Source: Octopus sinensis
Lineage: Eukaryota
Length of the DNA stretch: 64,000 nucleotides
Direction of reading: 5' to 3'
NCBI RefSeq assembly: GCF_006345805.1
Contig: NC_043001.1
Span: forward strand, 90,458,001-90,522,000
Shown here: one piece after another, positions 36,670 to 50,530 of the stretch
Layout of the letters: each line of letters opens with the position of its first letter
How positions within the stretch are numbered: position 1 is the first letter of the stretch
Notes under the pieces: model-generated
What the model was told of the DNA's origin: nothing
The model's input: only the letters and a program-made list of their open reading frames with translations
Databases searched by the model: none
Made by a program: the position numbers and the translations under genes

Positions 36670-37992
36670 ATATATATATATATAAAAGGCAGGTTGTCTG
36701 TCTGTGTGTCTGTCTGTGCGTCTGTCAGGTTGTACCCTCACCCTGACCACGGCTTTCAACCGATTCTGATTAAACTTGACACACACATAGCCCAATGTCA
36801 TAATTCAAAACTAACGCAGCGAAAATTTTGAAAAGTTCCCCCAGTTCTGAAAAAGTCTATAAATTCGACATGGGGTCGAGAATCTAAGCTTAGCATATGC
36901 AACACATTTTCCGTTGTAGTTTTCGCAACTTGCAATCCATTTTCACTAAACTCATGGTAAAGCTTAATGTTACCCTAAGGAACTTAATTCTGACTTTAGT
37001 TTTCCATGCAATACCTTACCATCAGAAAAAATCGATAAGATCATGCCATTTGGGGAAATCGCATTCAAATTCAAGATGACATATTTTCAACAATATCTTT
37101 AACAAATTGGCAGGAATATTTTTTGAAATTCACAGCGAGCATCATGTCTGCTCCAAGGAGCTATATGGCCCTTTTGATTCCAATAGGATACGTTATTACA
37201 GGAAAAAATTGGTTAATTACATCATATGTGGCACACATAGCAAACCGATTTTTCTGCGATAATTTTTGAAAGTTCACGTAGATTTTCCTTACACCGATGT
37301 TGGACATCAAGTTTGCATTAAATGTCAAACTAACGACCTTTTGTCAATGCAGTTAACAAGTATTGGGAGAAATCGACAAAACCATATCACTTTGAGACCG
37401 ACCATGCGAACCCTACAAAACTGACTTTTGTTAAATAGTTCGCGGATTACAGGCGATTTAGTTAATTTTTGCCGCTTCAGCTAGGAACGTCGTATACACA
37501 GAAGTATTTGAGTGAAGAGAAAACGTTGCAACCTACACATGCGCTTTCGCTCCCTAGAGGGAAAGGACTAGATCGGGATTAGTCATTGCCTACTAGAGGC
37601 TCCCGAGCCCCCTTTCGCTAGACTTAAGTTAGGATTAGGTAGGGCTTAGCTGTGGTCCGAACCCAACTTGGGTTCGGGGGGGGTGTCAAAAGGGTCGGCA
37701 TGTGCAACCTTATCACCTCTGCCTGTCAAACTCCCAACCCATGCGTTCCCGTCGTGACACTGATCCCGCAGAACTGGGTTGGGTGTGCCAAACAAAACCA
37801 GAAAATGCACTTTGACTGTCATAGATTTTCTTCATGCATGCAAGGGAACTGTGCCTTGAATGCCTTAATGCCTTTTAGGCTTGATTTTACAAAATAACGG
37901 TTCAATGAGTACAAAAAAGGGTAAAAAGGTAAAGGGTATTGCTTATCGACAAAGTTTCTTACATACCCGGGCAACGCCGGGCTATGTTGCTA

Positions 37993-37993
<1 letters not shown>
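36670..37993 (+). mobile_element. Non-autonomous Helitron
   Basis: 3' hairpin CCCGG-gcaacg-CCGGG (37966-37981), 8 nt, CTAG (37990-37993), then T. 5' part tatataaaa..(GTCT/GT)n..caaccgatt..aaacttg is typical of such elements. The 5' boundary is lost in (TA)n. Confidence 0.8.
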
Positions 37994-38036
<43 letters not shown>

Positions 38037-38212
38037 TATATACATATATACGTCGGGCTTCTTTCAGTTCCCGTCTACCAAATCCACTCACAAGGCTTTA
38101 GTCGGCCTGAGGCTAGAGTAGAAGACAATTGCCCAAGGTGCCACGCAGTGGGAAGGAACCCGGAACCATGTGGTTGGTAAGCAAGCTACTTACCACACAG
38201 CTACTCCTGCAC
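37994..38212 (-). mobile_element. SINE family A host copy, 5' half
   Basis: (TA)n, then acgtcgggcttctttcag..ccacgcagtggga..cttaccacacagctactcctgcac. Confidence 0.85.
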
Positions 38213-38847
38213 CTGTGAACTTCGACAGAAACTTCCACAGATTTTTTTAAAGATAGCTTTAAAATATACTGATGCTGGGATATACGGCGTTTGATTCACT
38301 TTTGCTTTTCCAATTATCTAACTATAAAAACGGCATCAATGGTTCCGCTATTAGATCTGAAACCAAACTGACACTCTCCTGTCAATTAGACACCTGTACC
38401 GAGTCAATTACGATTTTCATTACCTTTATTAACTTTCCTACCTCTACTTTTGTAAATTCTGCATAAGATAGAGTATCTGAGAATTGCTTTCGACTTGTGT
38501 GGAAATTTAGCTTTAAAATGTTTCTCAAATGATCTTTGCTACATTGAAGTATCTCAATTATGTATTCATGTTACCTTCTTTATCTTCATTTATACTACGT
38601 ATATTTTTCTGTTTTTTTACCCTCCTCTTTTCGGGTTGACATGAAATACTTGTAACAAATAGTGTTCTTAAAGACAGACTAGTTATTGTATATTTTTTCT
38701 TGTAGGTTTTTTTCTGTTTTTATTGCAGTTTTGACTACTTGTTCGCTTTAGCAATTAGGTCTAGATTGTTCGTAAATTTTACCTTAGCATTTCATGTGTA
38801 TTCACAGCATGTCTCTCTGAAAATAGACTCCCCACGTGTTCTACGCT

Positions 38848-38959
38848 TACCACTATATATATGTATATATATATATATATATATATAGATATATATATAT
38901 ATATATATATATCGGTGCTTCGTTGTGCCATTTATTTACTGTATATATATATATATATG

Positions 38960-38994
<35 letters not shown>

Positions 38995-39102
38995 CTACAT
39001 ATATATATACATATATATGTATATACATATGTATATATATATATCTATATATATATATAGATATATATATATATATATACAATATATATATACATATGTA
39101 TA

Positions 39103-39135
<33 letters not shown>

Positions 39136-39210
39136 CATATATATATCTACACATATATATATATACACACACACACACAAACACACACACACATATATAT
39201 ATATATATAT
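38848..39210. repeat. (TA)n-dominated microsatellite
   Basis: Directly visible. Confidence 0.95.
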
Positions 39211-40256
39211 TAACAAACGCATTCACTTCATTTATGCCATCTGTCTCGAGTTGCAGCAGGGGTGCAATATCGCTTCCTCTCTATTTTCTAATCTTGGAGC
39301 TACCTCTTAATCGGCATTTCATGTTATGTCATATCGTTTTGTTACATTTTGTATTTCCTTTTGCTTTGACCTGATTACTGTGATTGCCAACAGTAAAAAA
39401 TAAGATTGGAACCTAACTCAGCTAATTTTTTTTTTTTTTGGTGGGGTGGGGGTCTTCTAGTGAATGTTTGTTTCAAATTCACTCTTAATGTTGCTTGGTT
39501 TACATTATATGCTGGTTTATTTGAAATTCTTGTTTTTATCTTCTTTAGTCATACATCCTTTCTTTGTCAAAGCCAGCATTTGATCGCCCGGGTCTTGTGG
39601 TTTTAGTTTTAGTTCTGTAATTAGGAATTCAATTTCAAGTATGCACATATGCAAGTATCTGTGTGTGTGTGTGTGTGTGTGTTGTGTGTGTGTGTGTGTG
39701 TGTGCATGAACATACTTTTTTGCATACATACTTTGAATCAACTATTTAATGTTTGAATTGTCTTAGTTTTTTTATGTATGTGTCCTGGCGCATTTATTAA
39801 ACGCTTAGTACTACGCAGTAATATCGTGGACGGCATTAATTTTTACGCTTAATGTACCGTTTCCTTTGAGGGAGTAGGTGGTTCTAATATTTTATTGGTG
39901 GGTTTCCGCTACACGTACTGTTTTCTCTGCCTCTGTAGTTGACTAATTCGTTTGCAGTCCGAACTATTTTCTTGAATATGAATTTATTTTGATTTTTGGT
40001 ATCTGCAGCGACACATAATCTCACTTCTTTTGCTAAACATGTGTATGCATTCTGTGATTATGTTGTCTTTTGTGTGATGTGTATGCAACCTATTACGAAG
40101 CATTTTGTGCAGAGATCACGCAGTCTATTCTTCCTTATTTAATGTTCGTTGGTATGTTTTCTTTTAATTACTAAATACGCTCTGATAGCATGTTGCATTT
40201 CTTTTGTTAATATTCCGGAGTGATCGCATATATTATGCATAACTATATGTGGTGGT

Positions 40257-40501
40257 TGTGGAGGCGCAATGTCCCAGTGGTTAGGGCAGCAGACTCGCGG
40301 TCGGAGGATTGCGGTTTCGATTCCCAGGGGTGGTGGCGATCCCTGTTATACTCTTTCACCACAACTTTCTCCCACTCTCTCTCTCTCTCTCTTCCCGTTT
40401 CTTGAGTAACCATGCGATGGACTGGCGTCCCGTCCAGCTGGGGGGAACACAGAAACCGGGAAACCTGACCCATGAGCCTGGTTAGGGTTGAAAAGGGCGA
40501 T
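40257..40501 (+). mobile_element. SINE family C variant with a different middle region
   Basis: Head tgtggaggcgcaatg..cagtggttaggg..ggtttcgattcc and tail gactggcgtcccgtccagctgggg..catgagcctgg..aaaagggcg as in family C. The middle is replaced by a CT-rich stretch. Confidence 0.8.
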
Positions 40502-41487
40502 GTTTATCATTTATATTTGATGGTTCAGCTGGTTGCAGTCATGTAAATATTTTAGAACCATCCCTTTATAAATACTGCTTTTCATAAACTGCTTTCAAAG
40601 ACAGTTTTCGCTCAACTGGTAAGGACTTCTATTGTAGTTGCATTTCTTTTCGGCTATATGTTATCTATTTCTTGGTCTATTGTCGTTTAGGGTTGGTATA
40701 TAATAGAGTGGGTATATTATTTTTAATTACTTTTCCACGCTTTGACAGTCCGCTAACGTAAAACCGTTCGGTAACATGAATTAGCTGTTATGAGTCTAAA
40801 TTTATAATACTGTATGAATAACACGCACACGCATACACATACACATATGCATACACACGGATATATATACATATATACATATATATATAAATGTGTGTTT
40901 GTACGTTCTTATAATATTATGATGTACTTCTAGAAACCGCATAACTTTTGCTTTACCTACCTCCTCTTCTTCCACCTGCTAGCTAACATCGATTTCTTAT
41001 ATTGACAGCTTCTTCATTATTAATTCAATGAATTCCTCTCATTCTATGTCTGTCTCTTTTTTCCCATTATATGTGTTCTTCTTCTCGTCTTCTGTTCCTC
41101 TCGATTTTGATGTTTCATTTGGGTTTCTTTTCTCTCTTTCCTCAATTGTTCATTCTTCTGTCAATCAAAGATATTCGCCTTCCTCTTAGATTTCTTTCTT
41201 TTTCTCACCATCTCTCTCTCTCTCTCCCTCTCTATCTCTCTCTTTCTTTTCTTTTCCTTATATATGTTTCTATATATTTATTTATATATCTGTCCATCGA
41301 CCCGTCAAGTAATCTATTCATCAGTTAATCTATCTATTCATTATTATATCTAATAATCCATCTTTCTCTTTATATGTCTATTAAATTATCTACTTTGATA
41401 TCTAGTCATCGAATCGGCGAGCTTGGCATCAATATATGTGCCTGAATTTATGTACACATGTATGTGTGTGTGTGTTTATATATCTAT

Positions 41488-41496
41488 GCACGGATG

Positions 41497-41573
<77 letters not shown>

Positions 41574-41687
41574 GTATATATACATATATATATATATTAT
41601 ATATATATATATATAATATATACATATATATATATATACATACATACATATATATATATACATATATATACATAAATATATATATAC

Positions 41688-41719
<32 letters not shown>

Positions 41720-41737
41720 CTATATATATATATATAT

Positions 41738-41791
<54 letters not shown>

Positions 41792-41866
41792 CATATACAC
41801 ATACATATATATATATATATAATATATACATATATATTATATATACTATATACACTATATACACGC

Positions 41867-41897
<31 letters not shown>

Positions 41898-41930
41898 TGT
41901 ATGTATGTATGTATGTATGTGTGTATGTAT
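41488..41930. repeat. (TA)n and (TATG)n microsatellite
   Basis: Directly visible. Confidence 0.95.
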
Positions 41931-43149
41931 AGTAAGGTTGTCTCTCCATCTCGCGTGTTTCACACGTAAAATCTGTAAGTTAGTCTCTAATGATTGATTA
42001 TAAGTGAACCAAGTTTATTCAAACTCAAGAAAATAATTAGGTCTATGAGACTAGTCATGTATAATAAGCACATTGTCTGGAACACTAATTTACACTTACC
42101 TTTATACACCAACATCTACCTTTTTTCGTAGAGCACAGTTAGTCTACACACTCAGGTCAGTATATAAATGATAAGATATCTAGATTCTGGCATTTAATCT
42201 TTTGCTGATCTTGTAATGTACAATGAAACTGCAATGAAGGCACAGAGAAATGTTTGTGGCGTAGGCTGAACAAGAGTTTTCTCAATGTGGACAAGATAAA
42301 CTCTTCAAACCGAAAAACAGATAAGTTAATGAGAGAGTGTTTATATGGTTACTCATACTGATGGAACTAGCAGCGAAATTTCCCTCATATCATACCCAAA
42401 CATATCACTCCTCATCAATATGTCTTGGCTTTTTGTATAAACAAGGTTTGAACGGAAAATTGAACCCATTTGCTGCGTTAGGGCTAACCTACGCTAAACA
42501 ACGATAACTTCAGAAAGAAATTATGTATTGGAGTGCCTACAAAATTCTGCTCTCCGGCATTGTTCAACCAGTAACTATATCATAAGATACCTGTCCTGTG
42601 CTACGCCACTGAAACGATCTCGAAATCAAGCACATGCAGTTAAATATAGAAAAAAACGTAATCTTTGACAAAGCCAATCATTCCCTATGTGCTAAGAATT
42701 ATATTCTCTACCAACAATCCTTTAATAAAAATAATAAAATTCTTCCAGCCGAATTACAAGTCATGTAACATATTGCCTGACCTTTCATTTTGGTAAATCA
42801 TTTTTCATTCTCATTTCAGAATAATCTCACCTCGGTATGCTACTATTATTTCTAACATTATCGCCATAAAACACAAATAATATATTCACAGATATGCGCT
42901 CGCATGCTCAAATACAGTTGCCGCTTAATGCAGTTTAGTAAAAATATATTCTTTTATCTAAAAGTTAACCGAACAAAGGGGAAAACAATAACCAAAACAA
43001 TCAAATAAACTTTCAAAATGACAGTTACACGCTAAATATAAAGAGGAGACATATCTAAAATGTCAGATTGCTACTTTTACGAGCTGTTACGTTGTTAAAT
43101 AATAAAAACAAAATGGTTAATTTCGAAGCTTTATTATATCTGACATTTT

Positions 43150-44030
43150 GCAATAGTTTGCTTAAGAAGCAATAAATAGAACTCATTGGACAAGTTTTCA
43201 GGAAAGAATATACATCTGTGTCATTGTAAAGACACGGTGATATATTCATTAAAAATTCTATTTGTCTTTGAGACTATGTGCTCTGGCGGCGTTTAATTCT
43301 GACTCTAAATCTCTGTGTGTATGAGTGATAAATATCGTAAGCAATTTTCTTGCTGGGCACTTATAATATGCATTATACCTGGAACAGTACCTACTTCATA
43401 TTCTATTGTATCTATTAGAGAATTGGAATATCAACATTGGGAAACCTCGGAAACATTCTCTAATGAGTTCATAACAATCGTTCTTTTTTCAACAGCACAC
43501 ACAATCACTACACATATCAAGAAAACAATGTTTATATCTTCCTACAAATACTAAACATAAGCAAAACGTAACTAAACTGATGCTAGGCATCACCTTTACT
43601 AAGAATCTCTCCTGGCGATTTATTATCGTAAACAAAACAGAAACTGCATCATAGAGACTAGCCTTCTTCTTCAGCACCAGAAGAAGTATTCATTGACTTT
43701 CAAATCTGCTCAGAGCCGCCTCTCTTCTTATCTGGTACTGAAGACAGCTAACGTGCTAGAAATGCATCTATCAGTCCACAGAAGGCGCTTTAAGAAAACA
43801 ATGATGTTCATACACCTTTTTTACATAAACTGAGAACTTTTTCTACAGTGAAATAGCTTTTACCAGTTGAAATATATCCCCGAAATATTTTAACTGACCT
43901 AAAGTTAGATTAGGATGTTATCCCAACTTTTTTTAATAAACTGTTTGTATATGCCAAGAACTGCTAATCCCCAATGAAAATGACAGTTCTGCACAGAAGG
44001 AAATGTAGATGTCTTCAAAGTTTAGTTTCT
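43150..44030 (+). mobile_element. Heavily decayed CR1/L2-group LINE, RT C-terminal region
   Basis: LMLGITFTKNLSWR..TAS*RLAFFF at about 43577-43675, MPRTA and NVDVFKV near 43950-44020. These recall LGITxxxNLSW, PRTxxLWN and NLxxFK motifs. Confidence 0.5.
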
Positions 44031-44569
44031 TAAATCAGAGAAAGGAGAATACGGTATAACATAGCGAAGTTCGAATTAGGCTTAATGTTTCAATGTAAGT
44101 TATTAATAGTGGGTGATATTACTTAAAGCACGTTTAGGTGCAGCTGGACCATGAGATTTTCATGTCAGACACACCGATAGGCATTTTGTAGAAAATAAAA
44201 ATAACTATGCTTTCGATGGATTTCTCAAATATAAGGAAGCAGTAGTCTATAACGAGGGACCACAATAAGAATGATAACTCAGGGGCTAATACAATCCGGA
44301 AAGATATCTTGATATCTTGGCTAGGAATTGGACACATTGATCTGCCAAGTATACTAAGTATTACTATGTAATAAAGAACCCGTAGAGAAAAATTATCGTA
44401 GAGTGTTTCGTCCAATTACTATTGGACGTTTTCTTCAGTGGAGTGTATACACACATCAGTTAAGGTTAGCTATATAATGTCAAATGCACGATTTGTATGT
44501 GTGCTTGATGAAGTTAATACATTGACTCTCAGAATCATAATATTCACTGCTCGCTTTTAATTGATTCTG

Positions 44570-44925
44570 ACACGGATGCAGTGACCGAGTGGCTATGACT
44601 TTCACTTCGCAACCATGAGGTTCTGGGTTCTATTCCAAAGCGTGGCATCTCGGGTAGATATATTTTATCATGATTTTTGGTTAACCCAAGTTTTATAAGG
44701 GAAATTTGTTGAACGGAAACTGTTCAACAAAATGAATGTGCTTGTAACTGAAAAAGTCAGCGTTGCTCCACACTTTATTACTCTAATTTTGTTTGAGGAT
44801 TATGTTAAGAATACAGGTAACTGCAGTATACCCAGCCACTTACATAATAATTCAATTATTCAATTAGTGAGCAGCTCAATTGATCGAATCTTTGGAATAA
44901 GCATCGTTGAAACTAACGAAGGATC
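44570..44925 (+). mobile_element. Old SINE (family A-like head, family D body)
   Basis: gaccgagtggct..caaccatgaggttctgggttctattcc..gcgtggcatctcggg, aacggaaactg, cccagccacttaca. Confidence 0.5.
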
Positions 44926-45505
44926 TTTTTACAGCATGGAAGAGATGATGAAACCGAAAAATAATTTTTTTTAAATCCCATACTTACTTTTAATTGCTTT
45001 TAGAAAATTAAAAGTAACTTGCTCTTAATATTAATTGAAATAATTAACATCTCGGTTAATCATGTGAATCATGAACACGAGTCAGAAGCAACAAAATATT
45101 GATATCTTTTTGGTCCAAATCAGGTCAGCTATGATCGAACAAACCCGAGCATGTTAGTTACTTATTTAATCCATCATCTCGGTGCAATCCACTTATCCAT
45201 TACTCCATACCATTGATCAACCTTAGTAAAGATTATACTGTACATTCTCACATGTAGTGAGCCAGATTAGAGATGTCGTCTCTTGCATGGTGTTCTTGTA
45301 TATGGGTGTTCTTGTATGTGATTTCAAGTGATTTACTCAAAATTCTTTTAGTTACAGACCAGAATTGTCAACTACCATTAAAGAGTGGTAAGAATCTACA
45401 AGTTGGGTGCTACATCATGTTATCTGTGTATCTGTAGACAAACGCTTTTTGATTAGTAGCGAAGAATGGTTTACAGATGTAGACTGAATTTTATCAGTTT
45501 ATATA

Positions 45506-45735
45506 CAGGGCTGACCAAAAGTCACCTGACAGTAAATCAAAACCATTTAATTCCAAGATTTATTTATGTGTAACAACTGAATGAATTTAATAAAAACATC
45601 TAAATATGAGACATCATGAAAATTGTTCAAACTGAAGTCCTTGAGCGATACATTTCTCCATTCTAGTCAATACAGAATTATAGATTGTATTTATTGAATT
45701 TTCCTTTACTGTCAGGTGACTTCTGACCAACCCTG
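45506..45735. mobile_element. Tc1/mariner-type MITE, 230 bp
   Basis: 31-bp TIRs CAGGGCTGACCAAAAGTCACCTGACAGTAAA (45506-45536) and 45705-45735 (27/31 match), flanked by TA on both sides. Confidence 0.9.
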
Positions 45736-45896
45736 TATATAACACACAACATCTAATAGTCCATAATTAGTCTTTATTTTTAAGACATTACCCAAAGCCG
45801 GAGACAGAATTCGAATCGCCTACACTTCGGCGAATATGATTATATTCCATTAACCTAGTCATCTATCATTGTCTTTTTTAAAATTAACCTCCCCAC

Positions 45897-45951
<55 letters not shown>

Positions 45952-46380
45952 AAAGAAAAACTCATCAGTGTTTTTGTTAACTAAAATTATGCACTGTCCA
46001 CCTCATGATGTATATATTCATTTCCGTAAGATGCTAAAAATAAATTGATGTGTCTTTCCTGTGACACAGTGCAAGACTATGGACGAAATAACAATTCTAA
46101 TAACAGATTAATATTATTAATAGTATTAATATTATTAATATTGCTAATGTGTTATACGCATATTACAAATAAATTTCAGTAACTCTATTGGTCATTTAGG
46201 CACATCATCTACCAGTGAAGAATAAGCCGATGTATCAAATCTATTCTTCATATCAAATGTTTGAACTGAATACTGAAAGCAATGAAGGAACTATCATATA
46301 GTATATAGATGGGGATAAACTATAACTCTAGATGGTATGGGGCTGTAGTTTCTCTATAGCTAGTTGATCTAAATATAGTA

Positions 46381-46602
46381 TACTCTTTACTCTTTTACTC
46401 TTATACTTGTTTCAGTCATTTGACTGCGGCCATGCTAGAGCACCGCCTTTAGTCGAGCAAATCGACCCCGGGACTTATTCTTTGTAAGCCCAGTACTTAT
46501 TCTATCGGTCTCTTTTGCCGAACCGCTAAGTGACGGGGACGTAAACACACCAGCATCGGTTGTCAAGCAATACTAGGGAGACAAACACAGACACACAAAC
46601 AC

Positions 46603-46654
<52 letters not shown>

Positions 46655-46812
46655 GACAGGCTTCTTTCAGTTTCCGTCTACCAAATCCACTCACAAGGCA
46701 TCGGTCGACCCGGGGCTATAGCAGAAGACACTTGCCCAAGATGCCACGCAGTGGGACTGAACCCGGAACCATGTGGTTGGTTAGCAAGCTACTTACCACA
46801 CAGCCACTCCTC
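46381..46812 (-). mobile_element. SINE family A, full length
   Basis: Near-consensus copy, from the (TACTCTTT) tail to ccacacagccactcct. Confidence 0.92.
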
Positions 46813-47839
46813 TATTCTACATATAGTTTAAATTCATATAGCATGTAGTTAAACTATAACTCAATATTGTATGGAATTGAAGTTTATGTATATTATAGCT
46901 TAACTTCATGTTATAACTTTATATAGTATGTAGATAAACTATAATTTCTTATGGTATCTATTTACAGCAAAGTGGATTGTGCTGTTGAAAATTAAGCATC
47001 ATTCTCTTTGCTTATAAAATATCGTACGTTTCACTGACCCTTCGACATTGTAATACCAACAACTACTTTCGTTGCAGACATATTGGTGTGAAAATATACA
47101 AGGAAATGCTGCTCATTCATATGTGAGTATCCACAATGTATATCTCAATATATAACTGGTCATGCAATTTCATGAGCTGCATATGAATAACTGAATCTTA
47201 TTACTCTTAGATACGTGAAATTTAATTACTTATTTCCACTAGAAGATATTTGTTATAAATATCTGTCAATATATTATTGGGCGATACTATGAGTAAGCAA
47301 CTGAACATTAATGCAAACAACGCGTTTAACTGCCTCTTTAAACGTTATGTTCCGAAATGGATATGCTTATATGTAGGTATTTGTACGCTTGACCCCTTGT
47401 CCTCGGTCAGCCCTGATGAAGCAGATATTTGCCATCAAAGTGTTTCGTCTATGAACATACTATTTTTACCTTTAAAAAAATAAATGTATCCATGGCTTTG
47501 TCAGAGGAAGAAAAGCAACGCACACAATCTTTATGTAGTTTTTCAGGTACTTTTAGGAGGTAGTTATCGTCAGACCGGAAATCGGGTCTTAATGTTTTCA
47601 CAAGAGTCAACTCCGTTAAAGGGTCAGGGGATAATGTTAACGAGTGATCAATCGTTTCCCAATTTTGTTTTCTTTTCTTTATAAAGAAGGTAAGGTATAA
47701 TTTAGAACAATTTAACCTCTATTTCTAAGTGGTTGCGTGATCACGCAGAGACTCGCTTACTGCTTCATGTGCATGTATATGATATTATAACTAAGAGAAG
47801 TTATCTTAAATATGTTGCCATCCAATTCACCGCCGTATG

Positions 47840-48440
47840 TATATATATAAAAACTGAGAATGTGTGTGTGTGTATGTCTGTCTGTATGTATGTATATATA
47901 GAGCACTAAGACTCGAGAACTACCTAACCGATTTCATTCAAATTTTACTCATGCCTTACTTGGGGTCCATGCAGTATCATGAGCCAAAGAAATTCTCAAC
48001 TTCTTGCCTAATGCGAGCCCGGTGCAATCTCTTATCTCTTACACTATTTCAGTATTACGTGTCAAAATTCAAACAATAACATCTCCATTGTAATGAGATA
48101 GTACTTTCAGTTAAATACTTTCACTATTAATACTGAAACTATTATCTCACATATGTAAATACACACACACACACACACACACACTCATATATATATATAT
48201 GTATATATATATATGTGAGTATATGTATATATATATATGCATATATGTATATGTGTGTGTATGTATCTACTACATATGTGGGAAATTCTGTCTGTGGGTG
48301 CGTTTGTGGAGTTGTTAGTTAATTCCTCCTACATCGTTTTATCGATTTTGATGAAACTTGACACGTGAGTAGAACTTATGTCTGGAAACCTCATAGCATA
48401 CCCAGATTGTTGAAAAAATCGATAATAGGGCCGCTGGAAG
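47840..48440 (+). mobile_element. Helitron-like 5' fragment(s)
   Basis: tatatataaaaactgagaat(GT)n..aaccgatttcattcaaatttta parallels 36680-36780. A second such motif (atcgattttgatgaaacttgacac) lies at about 48340. No 3' CTAG end found. Confidence 0.45.
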
Positions 48441-49060
48441 AGATCCTTATATATAGCCAAGGGAAATAACTCATTCATTTTCCTAAATTATTTGGTAAAA
48501 ATGAAATTGCGTATGCTTATTTCTTAGTATTTGAACTGCTAGAGTTATTTTCATAATTTATCCAGTACAACCCTTAAGCAAGTAAATAGTATTTTCCTAA
48601 ACAATAGATCCACTTATTTCGGTTATGACTTATTCACGATTATAACAACAATATTACCTGGGGGTAATATTCTCTGGGAACGCACGAAAGCCCTTTTCAG
48701 AGTTATTTACATTGAATTGTTATTATCCCATATCTGATTAGCTTGTTATTACGTAACATGTTTCACGATTTTAGTATACATACCTTATTAGTATTTCCTT
48801 CTTTTCGGTGCTACTCTATTTCAATTCTTACTATCGGGTAACTAATTTCATGTTATTACATAACTAACTTCATAATTTGGGTATTCATAGCTTTTTGTGA
48901 ATTCCTAAAAACGAGTTCCTGTGTAAGACAGTTCGGTATTCTCTGTAAATGCACCAAAACCGTTTTAAGGGCTGCATACTTTGTATTGTTACTATTGGAT
49001 TGGCGACACAACTATGAGAACGGAACCAAGGGATTACCGAGTACGGCAGTTGGTATATAC

Positions 49061-49095
<35 letters not shown>

Positions 49096-49260
49096 TGTAT
49101 GTATGTATGTATGTATGTATGTATGTATGTGTGTGTGTGTATGTATGTATGTATGTATGCATGCATGTATGAATGTGTGTATGTATGTATGTATGGATGG
49201 ATGGATGCATGGATGGATGCATGGATGGATGCATGGATGGATGGATGGATGGATTATATG

Positions 49261-49333
<73 letters not shown>

Positions 49334-50189
49334 ATGGAAAAAAGTCAAAGTAGGAAATGCTAACATAATTTTAGAAAGAAACATGTCTGTACCGGTTTCA
49401 GTCATTGAGACTTTTTCAACTGTAAGTATGGAAAGCAATTAAATTTTGGAAAAGTTAAAAGAAAAGTTTTTAAAAAGAATATTTGCATAGTATTCAAATA
49501 CAAGAGGCATTTTCCTTGTTTCTACCTGTCTCTGTCTCTCTTGTTTACTCTTGTGGGTTCGGTGTACGCATAGCACAGAAGAAAACCGCAGTATTTTGCC
49601 TGTCAACGGTGTGCATACTTTGTATACACTGAATATGATGCATATTGAATACACATTTCCATTATTGAATACACATTTCATTTTGATCAGAACTGTTTGC
49701 TAGCTTTCGTGACAGCTACATCTGCCGTAAACATTTTTGCCGTAGAAAAATTAACCATACTTCTTTTCACTGTCACACATTTACCGAAATATTTTTAGCC
49801 GCAAGGCATATCTGTTGTCAGACATTTTTTATCGTTATATTTTTAAAAAAAACACCACGAAGGACTCATTGGTTTGTTAGAAACAAAGGACCTTGTTTGT
49901 CAAGTTGAGAAATAAAACAATAACAATAATATCTCAGGTGAGCCCATAACTTGTTTTAATTTTCCAGTTTGCTTATAATCTACCATATTAGTGCTATTGT
50001 AAATTCAGCAAACAAAGTTATATTATTCCTAACAAGCAGATTACTAACCAAGCCGTAAATTCAATTAAGATATATTTTTATTTTATTTTTGATATTACTT
50101 AATATGACTACGCCACCACACGTTCATAATTCACTTGGTCTCTTAATGCTTTGAAATGAAAATGAGAGGGCAGATACATGGGTATTTTA

Positions 50190-50530
50190 TTATATTTGAC
50201 AGTATAAATATGCAGTTACGCATAACTTGCTTTTATTTGATCCATTTATATTTGGCGTAAATTTCTCCACAACTTTCCACTTGGTTGTATGTAGTGTGCA
50301 GTTGATCTTCAAATCCCATACATGGCTAGCTAACGTAGTGGCTTTATTTTTATCAATGTGTCGGAAGGAAGATTGGTTGTTTGCATAACGGCTTTTAAAA
50401 TTGTCTTCGCATAAGCTGACATAATGAGTGTGGATGTAATTGTTTGCTTTCATTTATTTTCCATTCCTACTGTCAGTTCCTTTGCGTCTGACCCACGATG
50501 TTTTAATTTGTCATTGCAATTGTATCTATA
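50190..50530 (-). mobile_element. Second, unrelated PLE: decayed GIY-YIG endonuclease fragment
   Basis: YVSLCEDNFKSRYANNQSSFRH..TTLASHVWDLK..TTKWKVVEKFTP..GSNKSKLC fits YIGxTExxFKxRYxNHxxSF..TxLSxHIWxLK..KWxI..CxLC. An upstream NCN resembles the Cys linker. Confidence 0.7.

Noticed and set aside
43055-44415. Hydrophobic minus-strand ORFs suggesting a membrane receptor
   Set aside because: I reverse-complemented and read the region. The frames do not join and show no family motif, while the plus strand has LINE RT-like motifs. AT-rich DNA gives hydrophobic translations by default.
47419-47450. CTGATGAAGCAG hammerhead-like core
   Set aside because: There is no GAAA at the right place and no stem I or III.
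47734-47747. Perfect 14-bp palindrome TGCGTGATCACGCA
   Set aside because: About 4 such palindromes are expected by chance in 64 kb (64000/4^7).
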